From positions 52,082,001 through 52,146,000 of the forward strand of contig NC_058382.1 of assembly GCF_018350175.1 (NCBI RefSeq): DNA of 64,000 nucleotides, in the 5' to 3' direction. The stretch comes from Felis catus (lineage: Eukaryota). Below the pieces are notes generated by a model, which ran no database searches, was not told the DNA's origin, and saw only the letters and a list, made by a program, of their open reading frames with translations. Made by a program: the position numbers and the translations under genes. Positions 1-11,484 of the stretch are shown piece after piece. Each line of letters opens with the position of its first letter. Positions within the stretch are counted from its first letter, which is position 1.

Positions 1-93
1 GTGGGGTCCAAGTGGCAGCTGTGATCCTTTCTAGCTCACAGAATATGCTTGCCTATTTCCTGACACTCAAGAATGTTTTCAAGTCTGTCATCC

Positions 94-281
94 GGGGCGC
101 CTGAGTCGGTTGAGCATTTGACTTCGACTCAGGTTATGATCTCATGGTTCATGAGTTCAAGCCCTGTGTTGGGCTCACTGTTGACATCTCAGAGCCTGGA
201 GACTGCTTCGGATTCTGTGTCTCCCTCTCTCTCTATCCCCCCCCCCCCATTTTCTCTCTCAAACATAAACATTAAAAAAAA
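94..281 (+). mobile_element. CAN-SINE (tRNA-derived carnivore SINE), older copy with small 5' deletion
   Basis: ggggcgcctg...agtcggttgagc head, gagttcaagccc B-box, (CT)n tract, A-rich tail. Confidence 0.92.
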
Positions 282-1519
282 TTTAAATCCATACACCAAG
301 TCCCGAAGGATAAAAATAATTGTCCCTTCCAATGTCTCCTGCTCCGAGAACCTTTAACCTTTCCGTTTACGGGGGAAAATGGCCCTTACTCTTCAGAAAC
401 TCTGAGAAAATGGGGAGAGAAACGTGTTTACTTATCTGCATCGCTCTGTCAGGGGTAGGGTGATCAGACACATATTGTTCAAATCAGGAAATCTTGAGAG
501 CCAGAGGAGGGGCTCGTGCTAATTGTGCTGGGAGAGCAGGCATCAATAAGCAAGGAAAGAAACTGTAAAGTCTGAGCAACGCTGTATTCCAGAAATGCAC
601 CCCTGAGTGGAGCTGCCCCTGAGTGGCTGGCCTGGCTGGACTCAATACACAAGGGACAGGTCTGGCTTGTGATGGGGCACATTTGAGCCTCACGCTGGCC
701 TTAGTCCCCGTAGTACTGGGTTGTCTCCTGTTAGCACTTTTCCTTTTAAAGACGCTCCTGTGTCTACTCTCACAAAAGCTCGGCCAGCTTCCTGCCCAAG
801 GGCGTCCCTGGTTCCTGGACAGTTGCAGATGTGACCGTAACTCCAGATCTGTTGTTGTCGAGCAGGATGTGGAGTTTTTATTCCAGAGACCCTTCCTTTC
901 ATACTGTGTGTCCCACTGTCTGGAACCTTCCGATCTCCCTCTCATGGACAGTGATGGATCCTTGAGGAGTAGGCGTGCGTCCCAGTGTTAGACAGAGTCA
1001 GACCCTTTCACAAGGCAAATCTACCCAGGAAGCCATTGAGAAATGAGTAGTGCATTGGTTTGGGCTGGTTCGCAGCCTGCCTAGACCATAAACATGGATG
1101 TCTGAAAGCTGGTTCAAAGCTTATTTTCAGCGCTGGGTAAATCTGCAATGTTGGTGGCAGTGCTGGGGTACTCGGCAGTGACGTCGGTGACTGGAGTTGT
1201 ATTGCAGGCTTGAGCCACCACTGTCTGTGGCATCTTTGAAGACCTGCCCACACAGACAGCTTTGGGGAGATCTCAAGGAAGAGCAGAGATAATTCTACAT
1301 TCCTTTGAAGTGTAGGTTAAAAATAAAGTTCTTAGTCATGTATGACCCACTGGGTTTTTGCACGATTCTCTCAGCCATTACTTTTAGGGGATACAGCAAA
1401 GATGTGAGCCAGTTTATGCAAGAATAGCATGATGAGAAACTCAATTGTGAACTAGTGAAGGTCTTTTTAGAGACAGTAATGAATTCACAGGTCATATTTG
1501 GGTGTAGTTTCGTTATAAA

Positions 1520-1625
1520 ATGTTAGAGCTTTAAGATTGGAATGGACTTTCTGAGGTCAGCCAATTTAACTTGCCCCCTTGACAGGTGGGAAAACTGAGG
1601 CCCAGAGAGGGTAAGTGACCTGTTT
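1520..1625 (-). mobile_element. MIR fragment
   Basis: gaaaactgaggcccagagagggtaagtgacctg = reverse MIR core. Confidence 0.75.
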
Positions 1626-1658
1626 GTTCAATGTTACTTAGGCAGTTGTGCCTTCTTT

Positions 1659-1686
1659 CGTCTTTTTTTTCCCCTTCATTTTATTT

Positions 1687-1719
<33 letters not shown>

Positions 1720-1883
1720 CATGAGCAGGAGAAGAGGGGCAGAGGGAGAGAGAGAGAATCCCAAGCAGGCTTCACGGTCAGCACAGAGCCCGTTGTGGGG
1801 CTCAATCCCACCATCCTGGTATCACGACCTCAGCCGAAATCAAGAGTCGGATCCTCAACCGACTGAGCCACCCAGGTGTCCCC
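1659..1883 (-). mobile_element. CAN-SINE with 16-bp TSD
   Basis: Reverse SINE; flanks cagttgtgccttcttt (1643-1658) and cagtcgtgccttcttt (1884-1899), one mismatch at a CpG. Confidence 0.93.
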
Positions 1884-2054
1884 CAGTCGTGCCTTCTTTT
1901 GAGACATTATCATGCTGTCCACTTACCTGTTGTGAGAAAACATACATGTATATACATGTTTTTAAAAAGAGCATAGAATTGCCTGTAAGACAGGAATCTA
2001 AGGACCTGACAATGTCAGTTGGGTGGTTTAACCCTTTTTATTTTTATGAGAACA

Positions 2055-2245
2055 GTAATGATAATGCGTGCCAGTCAGTGTCCAAAACATTTTAAATCTT
2101 TAATTCCGCTCATCTTTATGACAACCCTGTTCGGTAGCCATTGTTCTGAATCCTGTTTTCAGATGAGGCTATGGGGCTCAGAGAAGTTTAGGACCTTGTC
2201 CGAGCTCACACAGCCTGTAAGTAGCAGAGGTGAAATGCTGTAGGA
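2055..2245 (-). mobile_element. MIR
   Basis: acaaccctg...ttttcagatgagg...gctcagagaagtttagg...ctcacacagc = reverse MIR pattern. Confidence 0.75.
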
Positions 2246-3069
2246 AGCCAGAAGCCTTGCCCGTTTTATTCTTCTGTTTGGCCCTGTGTGTAGCACAGTG
2301 GCTGGTCGGTAGGAGGGACTTAGACACATCTGTGGAATGAATGGCTGTGGGTGCAGTCAGGTTGACAGTTGGGCCTTGGTGGTTATGACCCAGTCAGCAG
2401 CCTCCTGTCACTGTGGGAGGGGATGGTTTGGTTGGTTTGTTTTTGGAAATCAGACCAGCAGAGGGTACAGTAACCAGATGATTTTCCTGAAGTATTGAGC
2501 TCTGCAAATTGATTTTCGTGTCATTGCTGCTGTGGTTCCCCCAGTTCTTCAGCTGCCTTGTCGCCCATTAAAGAAGGGCTTGTTATTTAGGGGACACTGC
2601 GTGAAGCATATTGCGATTCCAAGTTCTTTGAAAATTACAAATCCCGATTTGGGAAATCTCAGCTGACCAGCCTCTCTGGCCATTCTGGAGCACTGGGCGT
2701 TGGCTGCAGCGAGGACTGGACTCCTCAGTCAACTCGATTTTGAAGGACAGGAAGATGAATTGTTTACGTGGAGAGGGCAGCTCTGAGGGTAGAGGGCCCC
2801 GTGTGAAAGGCTGGTGCATGGATCCAGAAGACTTCTGGTCTTTTCTTGAGAGAGCAGTAACTGCTCATCAATGAAAAGGCCTTGGATGATGCTGGGCTTT
2901 TGGAAGTAAACATGGGAACCTTCTTGTTTCCTATTACTTAGGTCAGAAAACCAGCTTGGGTTGACTTTGCTTCTAACATCCCTTTCCCTTTCAGATAATA
3001 CAGATAATACTGAATCAGGTGATTGTCCAGAAGGCTGTCAAGGTAAATGTGTACTGAAAGAGAATTAAA

Positions 3070-3140
3070 CAGAGAGAGAGAGAGAGATAGACAGATATCT
3101 GGAGGTAGGGGGAGCAGACATATGGAGAAAGACAGACATT

Positions 3141-3181
<41 letters not shown>

Positions 3182-3262
3182 GATGAACTCCTAGGGGAGA
3201 ACAGAGATCAAGGCACAAAGACAGAGAGAGACACAGAGAGATGGAGAGAGGGAGAGACAGAG
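3070..3262. repeat. (GA)n-rich tract with (CA)n microsatellite at about 3142-3180
   Basis: Directly visible simple repeats. Confidence 0.95.
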
Positions 3263-4129
3263 AACGCCTCTCAGGAGTGTGTTTGTGGAGCTTCCTAGTG
3301 ACGGCCTCTGTGCGATGGGTTTGATCACGGTCTTCAGTGTTCTCTGATCATTTCTTGCTTAGAAAGGAGGAAATTAGAATTGTTGAGCTATGATTTGTTT
3401 TAATCAGAAAGAAATTGTCTAACATAAATCTCCTCGTGAGTGCTGGAAAAGCCCTAAAGCGGCCAGGAAAAAAAATATCAATACTTTGCAAAGGAGGAAT
3501 GATTGTTCCAATTCGTGGCTTAATTGACTTTAAGCCTTAATGAAGCTCAGGCCAGCGCGGCTGCACACACTTCGTGGTTGGGCTTGACAGTGAAATCTAC
3601 GCCAGGAGAGGAGGAATTTAGGGGGGTTATTTGGTTCTTTGCTCTTGATGCAATTTTCTAATTGAGTGGGGCTACCTCATACCAGATAGTAATTTTTTTT
3701 TCTTTGAAGAGAGTAAATTTTTTTTTTTTCTGACTAACACAGGAGTTTATTTTAAATTACAGGTTTTTCTATTGGATCTATTCATTTATGTTAGATTATC
3801 GTTCCCCAGGTGAAATTTCACTGATGCCGTATAATTAAATATAGATTTTTTTAAAAAAAGATAGTATATATTTTAAATTTATAAGCAGACAAAGTGGAGG
3901 TATCTAAAGACTTTATTTAAGAGGAGGAAATAGCTCACCTGACCAACCTGATGGCTGTTGGAAAGGTTTCCTTTAGCATCCGTGTGTCCCTATTCTGTGC
4001 TAGGCACCTTCTTGGGAGGGGATGCTACAACTCACTTCATCAGTCTGAAGGGATCGATCTATAAGATATGCCACGTGGGGATATGCAGCTGACTTGGGAT
4101 TCATTCTGCCTGAGTGTGATTCTCTGTTT

Positions 4130-4300
4130 GCCATTCGTGAGCCAGGTGACCCTCACTTCCTGTTGCCTCAGTTTCTTCATCTGTAACGTGGGGGTGGTAT
4201 CGTACCCCCCAAAAAAGGTCGTGAGAATCAAGTGAAGTCCTGCACATAAAGGGCTTAGAATGGCATGTGGGTGTCTGGCGTGTGCCCAACAATTGCTGGC
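4130..4300 (+). mobile_element. MIR
   Basis: gcctcagtttcttcatctgtaacgtggg...gtgagaatcaagtga...cttagaa. Confidence 0.78.
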
Positions 4301-4589
4301 AAAGATAGAAAAAAAGATCGTCTGGAGCCCCTGCCCGCCTGTCTCAGTTCATCCCTCACCATTGTCTCTTCCTTGTCTCACTGCATCAGACTCACTGCTC
4401 CTCCTCAACTCCGCAGTCCGCCCGCGTCTCAGCCCAGAATGTTTCCTGTGCGTGGAAGGACCTCAGCCGAGCTTGTCCATCCAACCAGCACCTGCACAGC
4501 CCGCGAGTTCCCTCCCGTGGGTGTCCTTCCCACAAAGCTTTCCTGGACCCCTCTGCTCTCTCCGCTGCTCGCCTGCCTTCCCTCCCTCC

Positions 4590-4900
4590 CTTCAACAAAT
4601 ACTTAGCGCCTTTCTCTGAGTCAAGTACTGCATTCAGCACTGGTGATACGGCAGTGACTAAAAAGCAAAGTTTCCTGCCTCCAAGGAGCTTACAGTCCAT
4701 GCTTTGGTAACGCACTGGTGACCAGACGTGTCCTTACGAAGCCACAAACGTGTATTGACACCTTATCATATGCCAGGCATCCCACTCGACTCTGGGCATA
4801 TGTAGATACATAAGATGTTATCCTTGCTCTCGAGGAGTATGAGTGTGTTGACAGATGTGTAAATTAATAATAAATATAAACACTCTAGTAGATGTGTCTG
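4590..4900 (-). mobile_element. Two L2 3'-end fragments
   Basis: ttcaacaaatacttagcgcc...cctgcctccaaggagcttacagtc, and caaacgtgtattgacacc...tatgccaggca. Confidence 0.7.
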
Positions 4901-6314
4901 TGGGTGGATGGGGAGGAGGAGAGCAAGACTTGGTTTATGGTGACCTCAGTAACACTTGGGCAGGAGCAGACACAAGGCCTGTGTTTCTCGTCACGTTTTG
5001 GAGGCACAGGACTGGTTGGTTGGAAGTAGGAAGGTTTTTCTTTGACTCTAGCCATGTAGTTAATGGCTGCAAACACAGATTTTTGGAATCTGCCCAACGT
5101 AGGTAGGAATCCTGGCTCTCTCATCCCCTGGAAGCGTGTGATCTCAGTCAAGGCGCTTCTCCGTGTACCTCTTGATCTAATGATGGAAAAAATCTAATGA
5201 TGGCTGCTAGGATGCTTGTCAGGATCGGATCAGATAACGGTGCCCAGCTTGTGGCCCAGGCTTGGTAACACCGGCCAGGTGCCACTCACCGGGTGGAGGG
5301 CTTCTGAATATTACCTCTCCGTGCCTTGCATGCTTTGGGTTCTAAGCCCTGAAGGTGTCCTGCCTTCCCCTCTTCCTGCCAGCAGCCCCGGTGCCCACGA
5401 GGGGCTGGCCTCCTGAGTGCCAGCCAGAGCCTCAACTGGGTAGGTTTGCTTTGTGCTCAAGAAAGGTTCCTCCCTGTGGTATTGGATTTTGTAGGACAGT
5501 GACAGTTTCCAGAAACCTCTGGTCCGTGAGCCGGTTTGGAGAAAATGGAATCATTCTCTGTGCCTCTCGGCTCATATCCTAAAAGGCTGCACAAACACTT
5601 TGGGCAGGCTTCAGCAACTTCACATCAAGGATTCCATCACGGCTCTGAAATAAAAACATCCCCCCGTTGCTCCCTGCGTGAGAAGCTGGATCCCGTGCCC
5701 AGCACAGACCTCGGGGGTGCAGTAACATCTCCTCCCACAAGGTCGTAAGGCCCTACAGAAGGCAGAAACCACTTAACATGCTCAGTGTTTCTCCCTGTGA
5801 GGACTGAAGAAAGAGGAGCTGCCAGGACCCCAGACGTTCAGATGCACTTCCGGCCAGAGGTAGGGTGGGTCTGTTGAAATCCTCAGAGAAGCGGTTTCAC
5901 CTTCGGATTTCGTCGAGGCTGGCTGGGAGAGGCCACAGTCGAATGCACTGACTCACCGCGTGGTTTCTCAGCTTGTCGCAGAAACTGACCTCAGAGCACC
6001 CCATCCACCTTCTCCCTAGCGAGGACCCTTCTGCAGAAATAGTCATGGATTTGGTAACTTACGGTCATAAGGGTTTTGTGATTTGTGGAGGATTTATATC
6101 TGAAAGAAAATGGATGGATTGCAAATATTAAACAGCTCAGCTGGTCCCCGCATGATGAATCGTTGAGATCTCTTTTTTCCCTTCTTCATGCTATAAACAT
6201 ATGGCATGAATTTTCTGCTCTCATTACAGATGCCGAGAGAAGGCAAAGACAAATATTTATATTACATTCATGTTTTACAGTAAAAACACTGTTCGGTTTG
6301 TTTATACAGTTCCA

Positions 6315-6445
6315 CTGTTACAGTTTTTATGGTTGGTAATGAAACCACTGTAAAACCGAGCCCGGGTTATATAGCAGATGCGATAAAGCCCTAATATTCA
6401 GGGAGACACCCTGGATGGAACAGTTGATGTCACGTGCACGGAGTC
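6315..6445 (+). mobile_element. MER131-like ancient repeat fragment
   Basis: gtaatgaaaccactgtaaaaccgagcccgggttat...ccctaatattcaggg...cagttgatgtcacgtgcacgg resembles my recollection of the MER131 consensus; not verified by search. Confidence 0.5.
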
Positions 6446-6459
6446 AACAATTGAATTAT

Positions 6460-6830
6460 GTGTTAGGACAGGCCAAGCTGTGCCGTAACAACAAACAACC
6501 TCACAGTCGCCGGGCCTCCCGAGAACAAAGGTTTATTTCTTGCTCCAACACCCTTTCCATCATGAGTCGCTTGGGTGGCTGTTAGAAGGGGAGCTCACTC
6601 GGCCACGAGGACCAGCAGAGTAGCCTGTGTTGCCGGATGGTGTGAGAGAGGAAGAGAAAGGCATGCGACCCTGTGGACTGCTCGTCATGTTTATGCTCGG
6701 AAGGTGACACTGTCTCATCTGCTCACGTTCTGTTGGCCAAAGCAAGGCTCGCGGCCGCGTGCAGCTTCCAGGTGCAGGAGGGTGCACACCCGCCGTGAGA
6801 GCAGGAGGAGGTGGAGAGCTGGGACATCAG
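6460..6830. mobile_element. MLT1 (MaLR) solo LTR, old J/K/L type
   Basis: ttaggacagg...gctgtgccgtaacaacaaacaacctc...aaaggtttatttcttgctc...gctcacgttctgttggccaaagcaag. Confidence 0.72.
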
Positions 6831-7345
6831 AGGGCAGCCCTAAGGGCTCCCTTCCGTGGTTCCTTCAAGGTGTTCTGCAGTTACTGAACCCATACTCTGC
6901 TTCTGATACAACTTTGAACTGGAAGGGAACCAGAAAGGCATTTTCAAAGACCCTCCTGCCAGCTGTACCCAAACTCCTTCAATGATGCTATCTTCATTTT
7001 ATGATGATCTGGACAGAAAGGATCCACAACTGTCTCCAGAAACAAAGTTCAAGGCCTCAAAACTTTTTCAAGTTGAGCTGTGGTTTTGGTTTTCTCCCTT
7101 CCTCCCCTGTTCTCTTCCATCCTTCTTTCTTCTCTCTCTTGCTTTCTCTCTTTCTTTTTTTTTTTCTTTTTTCCTTCCTTCCTTAATAAATTCATGTCTG
7201 GAAGCTCATCAACTGTACTTCTTCAAGATATATTACCCCAAGTGGTTTGCACTGCCCCCATAGAGTAGGCCTAAAATGCTGGAGAGAAGCATACATTCGT
7301 AGGAAATAAAAAGCCTACATTATGAAAACAGCCCAAGTGACTTTT

Positions 7346-7568
7346 TTTATTATTATTATTTTTTTCAACGTTTATTTATTTTTGGGACAGAGAGAGACAG
7401 AGCATGAACGGGGGAGGGGCAGAGAGAGAGGGAGACACAGAATCGGAAACAGGCTCCAGGCTCTGAGCCATCAGCCCAGAGCCTGACGCGGGGCTCGAAC
7501 TCCCGGACCGCGAGATCGTGACCTGGCTGAAGTCGGACGCTTAACCGACTGCGCCACCCAGGCGCCCC
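7346..7568 (-). mobile_element. Young feline-type CAN-SINE with perfect 19-bp TSD
   Basis: TSD aacagcccaagtgactttt at 7327-7345 and 7569-7587; CpGs retained. Confidence 0.97.
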
Positions 7569-7612
7569 AACAGCCCAAGTGACTTTTAATGGTAACTTAA
7601 AGGTGGTACCTA

Positions 7613-7924
7613 GAGCTGAGCTGTCCTGTATGGTAGCTCCTGTCCACATGTGGCAGTTGAGTCCTTGAAATGTGCCTGGCCCAGGTTGAAATGATGGGTA
7701 AGTGTCAAACAAAATACCTATCAGATTTTGAAGGCTTACTCTACAAAAAAAGGAAAATACTTGATTAACATTTTTTTTATGTTGTTTCCATGCTAAAGTG
7801 AAATTTTAGATATCCTAGGTTAAATAAGATGTTATTAGAGTTAATTTATCCGTTTCTTTTTACCTTTTTGCTAGAAAATTTAAATTATACATACGAGCTG
7901 CATTATTTTTACTGAACGGCGCTG
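7613..7924. mobile_element. MER33-type hAT-Charlie DNA transposon
   Basis: gctgtcctgtatggtagc...cacatgtggcagttgag...ttgaaatgtg start; aaaatttaaattatacat...actgaacggcgctg end; about 310 bp. Confidence 0.75.
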
Positions 7925-8079
7925 ATCCAAAGGGCAAGCACTGGGGAGGAAAAAAAAAAAGTATGATCTGCTGTCTTTCTCACAAATGCCTAATTGCTAG
8001 AACTCACAATTTAACCTGGCGTTTTATATCCTTTGACCTGCTGTAATTTTCTACTAGCATTAGTCTTTGTAAAAAGCTC

Positions 8080-8372
8080 TTTTTTTTTAATTTTCAATTT
8101 GTAACGTTTATTTTTTTTTTTTCAACGTTTATTTATTTTTGGGACAGAGAGAGACAGAGCATGAACAGGGGAGGGGCAGAGAGAGAGGGAGACACAGAAT
8201 CAGAAACAGGCTCCAGGCTCTGAGCCATCAGCCCAGAGCCTGACGCGGGGCTCGAACTCACAGACCGCGAGATCGTGACCTGGCTGAAGTCGGACGCTTA
8301 ACCGACTGCGCCACCCAGGCGCCCCATGTAACGTTTATTTTTGAGAGACCGAGCACGAGCAGGGGAGGGGCA

Positions 8373-8425
<53 letters not shown>

Positions 8426-8555
8426 GAATCTGAAGCAGGCTCCAGGCTCCGAGCTGTCAGCACAGAGCCCGAAATGGGGCTCAAACCCACAGACTGTGAG
8501 ATCATGACCTGACCTGAAGTCGGATGTTTAACTGAGTGAGCCACTCAGGCGCTCC
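8080..8555 (-). mobile_element. Older CAN-SINE (body about 8342-8555) with internal (CA)n expansion; tail split by a younger SINE
   Basis: Reverse SINE body; (CA)n at about 8374-8424 where the (GA)n tract normally lies. Confidence 0.88.
8115..8325 (-). mobile_element. Young feline-type CAN-SINE nested in the tail of another SINE
   Basis: TSD tgtaacgtttatttt at 8100-8114 and 8327-8341; near-identical to the 7346 copy. Confidence 0.95.
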
Positions 8556-8569
8556 TAAAAAATTTAAAT

Positions 8570-8875
8570 TCAAGATAATTTTGGACTTTCCTATAGTTGC
8601 AAACACTAGTATAGAGCGTTTCTGGCGATCCTTTGCCAGCTTCCCCAAATGATCACATTTGATACAGCCATAGTTCAGTGATCGCATCTGGGAAACTGGC
8701 ATTGGTGTACTACTATGAATTGCAGATTTCATTTCTGCGTGTACTCATTTCCGCGTGTGTGTGTGTGTAGGTCCATGAAGTGTTATCCCGCTATATCGTC
8801 ATGCACCCATATTTGTGTAACCACCACCCACAACCAGGATACCGAACTATTCTTTCACTCCAGAACACTTCTCAT
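8570..8875 (-). mobile_element. Old L1M (MC/MD-type) 3' fragment
   Basis: atagttgcaaa...ccagcttccccaaatg...tgtgtaaccaccacc...aggataccgaactatt. Confidence 0.65.
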
Positions 8876-9444
8876 TTTTATTCTTTGAGTTACTTTTTAA
8901 CCAGGGCTGTTACTGAAGGTAAAACTTCGAGGCCCTTCAGTAGCAAAAGATGCTCTTGGCTCCTGTTCATTTGCCTGCTTATCCCGCCCTTAGCGCGTGG
9001 CGGAGTTATGCCAAGCTTTTGCAGGCGGTCTTGGGCAGACACCAAGAAGAAAAGCCTACACTCGGGGAACCCATGGTCTTTGGAAGACTAGTTTCGTTAG
9101 GACGTGGGGCATGGTAGAGTAGAAGTTGGTGCCTTGACCTGCCAAAGACAGGAGGGTAGCACTGAACCTCTTTTCCAGGCCTCAGGACCTAAGCCTCTTG
9201 CCCTTTGTGTAGCTCACCCTAAGCAGGTGAGGGTGGCTGCTGTCACATCAGAAGCCAGTTGCTTTCTCACAAGGTTTTCGAGGAGAAAGGAATGCCGTTT
9301 CCCCCAAAAGCCATTTTGTGTGATCTACACAAGCCAGGTGTTCTGTGAAATCTGTGCTGGATCTAACTCCTACGTTTTCAGATTTCTTTTCCTCCCCAAG
9401 GAAGAGCCTCAAAAATTACACTTGGAAACTTTGGAAATAGTTTT

Positions 9445-9870
9445 TGTTTGTTTGTTTATTTTTTAATTTTTTTTCAATATATGAAATTTATTGTCAAATT
9501 GGTTTCCATACAACACCCAGTGCTCATCCCAAAAGGTGCCCTCCTCAATACCCATCACCCACCCTCCCACCCCCCATCAACCCTCAGTTTGTTCTCAGTT
9601 TTTTTTTTTTTTTAATTTTTTTTTTCCCAACGTTTATTTTATTTTTGGGACAGAGAGAGACAGAGCATGAACGGGGGAGGGGCAGAGAGAGAGGGAGACA
9701 CAGAATCAGAAACAGGCTCCAGGCTCCGAGCCATCAGCCCTGAGCCTGACGCGGGGCTCGAACTCCCGGACCGCGAGATCGTGACCTGGCTGAAGTCGGA
9801 CGCCTAACCGACTGCGCCACCCAGGCGCCCCTGTTCTCAGTTTTTAAGAGTCTCTTATGCTTTGGCTCTC
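9445..9870 (-). mobile_element. Very short feline L1 3'-UTR fragment interrupted by a SINE
   Basis: atgaaatttattgtcaaattgg...cagtgctcatccc...ccctcagtttgttctcag[SINE]ttttaagagtctcttatg; matches the L1 3' end at 56041-56200. Confidence 0.88.
9604..9831 (-). mobile_element. Young feline-type CAN-SINE inside L1 3' UTR
   Basis: TSD tgttctcagttttt at 9590-9603 and 9832-9845. Confidence 0.95.
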
Positions 9871-10399
9871 GTTTTTTTTTTTTTTTTTTAATGACAAGGT
9901 TAACTAGGTTTTTGTTTCTATGGCTATTTAAAGTAGTCTTTCTTGATATGTCCTAGGACTTGTGTCCATTTCCTCTTAAGGGAGAAGGCATTCCTCATAA
10001 TTTTTAGCATGCTTGGAGGCCACAGAGAAGCACCTGTCTGCATTTTGTCCAGGTGAAACAACCCAGGGACCAGAGCCCTGCCTAGTAAATCTCCTCTATG
10101 GTCCCTTCCTGTCTCCCCACGTCGTTTTCAAACATATCGTGTAGCTGCAGACACGGTATTCTTTGCTTTTGCTTTGCCTGAACAAGACAGGAGGATTATG
10201 CCACCAGTTCTATGGGTTATACATCAGTATGGGATGTCTTATATTTTGTTATAAGGAATATGTCTTCCCACCCTGCTGAAGGATGGAATCTTCCTTGTAG
10301 TGCCTGTTTTCCACTTCAGGACCTATTATGACTTTGGAAATCTCACACTAACAAAAAGCACTTTTGAACATATATTTGGTGCCAGTGAGAGTCCCACGT

Positions 10400-10550
10400 G
10401 GTGATAGACACAAAATCCAATTTCTCTGATCCTCAGTTTCCACATGGGTGAATTGAAGGCACTAATAATGATGCGTGTCATATGATTTGTGGTGTTTCTA
10501 TTTGAACATCCACTATTTGGTGTGGTGTGAGGCACACTGGTGGCATTCAG
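10400..10550 (+). mobile_element. MIR fragment
   Basis: tctctgatcctcagtttccacatgggtgaattga...ctaataatg. Confidence 0.6.
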
Positions 10551-10659
10551 TAACCTGGATTTTTGTCCACATGATTATCATGTAATTGTAATAAAAATAG
10601 GTAGTCTGTAAGCATAGGACTTGGCCCGTATGATTATATTTCAGTGCCTTTCTCCTGTT

Positions 10660-10716
10660 TATTGAATGAGTGAGTGAATGAATGGATGGATGGATGGATG
10701 GATGGGTGAATGAATG
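10660..10716. repeat. (GAAT)/(GGAT)n tract, probably an L2 tail
   Basis: attgaatgagtgagtgaatgaatggatggatgg... Confidence 0.8.
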
Positions 10717-11259
10717 CACTTGAATTCTCCAGTCTCAATTACTTTCTTCTTGGAGGTTGAGGGAAACTTTAAATGACTGTAACGAGTAACTTAGAACCAA
10801 ATCAGAAAATAAATCAAACAATATATGGAAGCTAGATGAATTTTTGCTATTTCCTTCCTTATTTTTTTTTCCTCTAAGTCAATTTTCGTGTAATGTAAAT
10901 GATTGCATATGAACAGGTTCTTTGGTAGATGTGAGCGGGTTTCAGGGATTTAAATGAGGTGATGGGTGTTTCCCAGGCATTTAAGACCTCCTAAGGCTTC
11001 CATTTTCCATTAAGCATTATGGATGCATTCCAAGAATTTAATTAATATAACATCTCTTCATTCACTGTAATGCCTCACCAGGGTTATGAGAACTTGGGAG
11101 TGTTTAGTTTCTTATTCGGTTGATTAAAAGGTACTTTCTGTGGTTTTCCAGCTAGCTATTTTCCGTGGAATTTACTACTTGTCCATGAATGTTAAATCAG
11201 TAAAGCTAAGGTGATCCAAGAGATGGTAAGAGGTTTCATCCAAACTTAGAGGACCACTT

Positions 11260-11484
11260 GGTGAGCCTGGGTGGGTCAGTCCGTTAAGTGTCTGACTTTG
11301 GCTCAGGTCACGATCTAGCGGTTTGTGGGTTTGAGCCCCACGTCGGGCTCTGTGCTGACAGCTAAGAGCCTGGAGCCTGCCTCAGTTTTTGTGTCTCCAT
11401 CTCTCTGCCCTTCTTGCTTGCACCCTGTCTCTCTCATCTCTCAAAAATGAATAAATGCAAACAAAAAGTTAAAAAAAACCCAAA
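11260..11484 (+). mobile_element. CAN-SINE, diverged
   Basis: gcctgggtgggtcagtccgttaagtgtctgactttggctcaggtcacgatc...A tail; degenerate TSD caaac(t/a)taga(g/a)gacc. Confidence 0.92.

Noticed and set aside
484..991. Overlapping 153-aa (-) and 122-aa (+) ORFs
   Set aside because: No recognisable domain, no convincing splice context, and composition typical of chance ORFs in GC-moderate DNA.
5175..5203. Short direct repeat atctaatgatgg x2 (similar ones near 38109 and 52169)
   Set aside because: Ordinary replication-slippage duplications.
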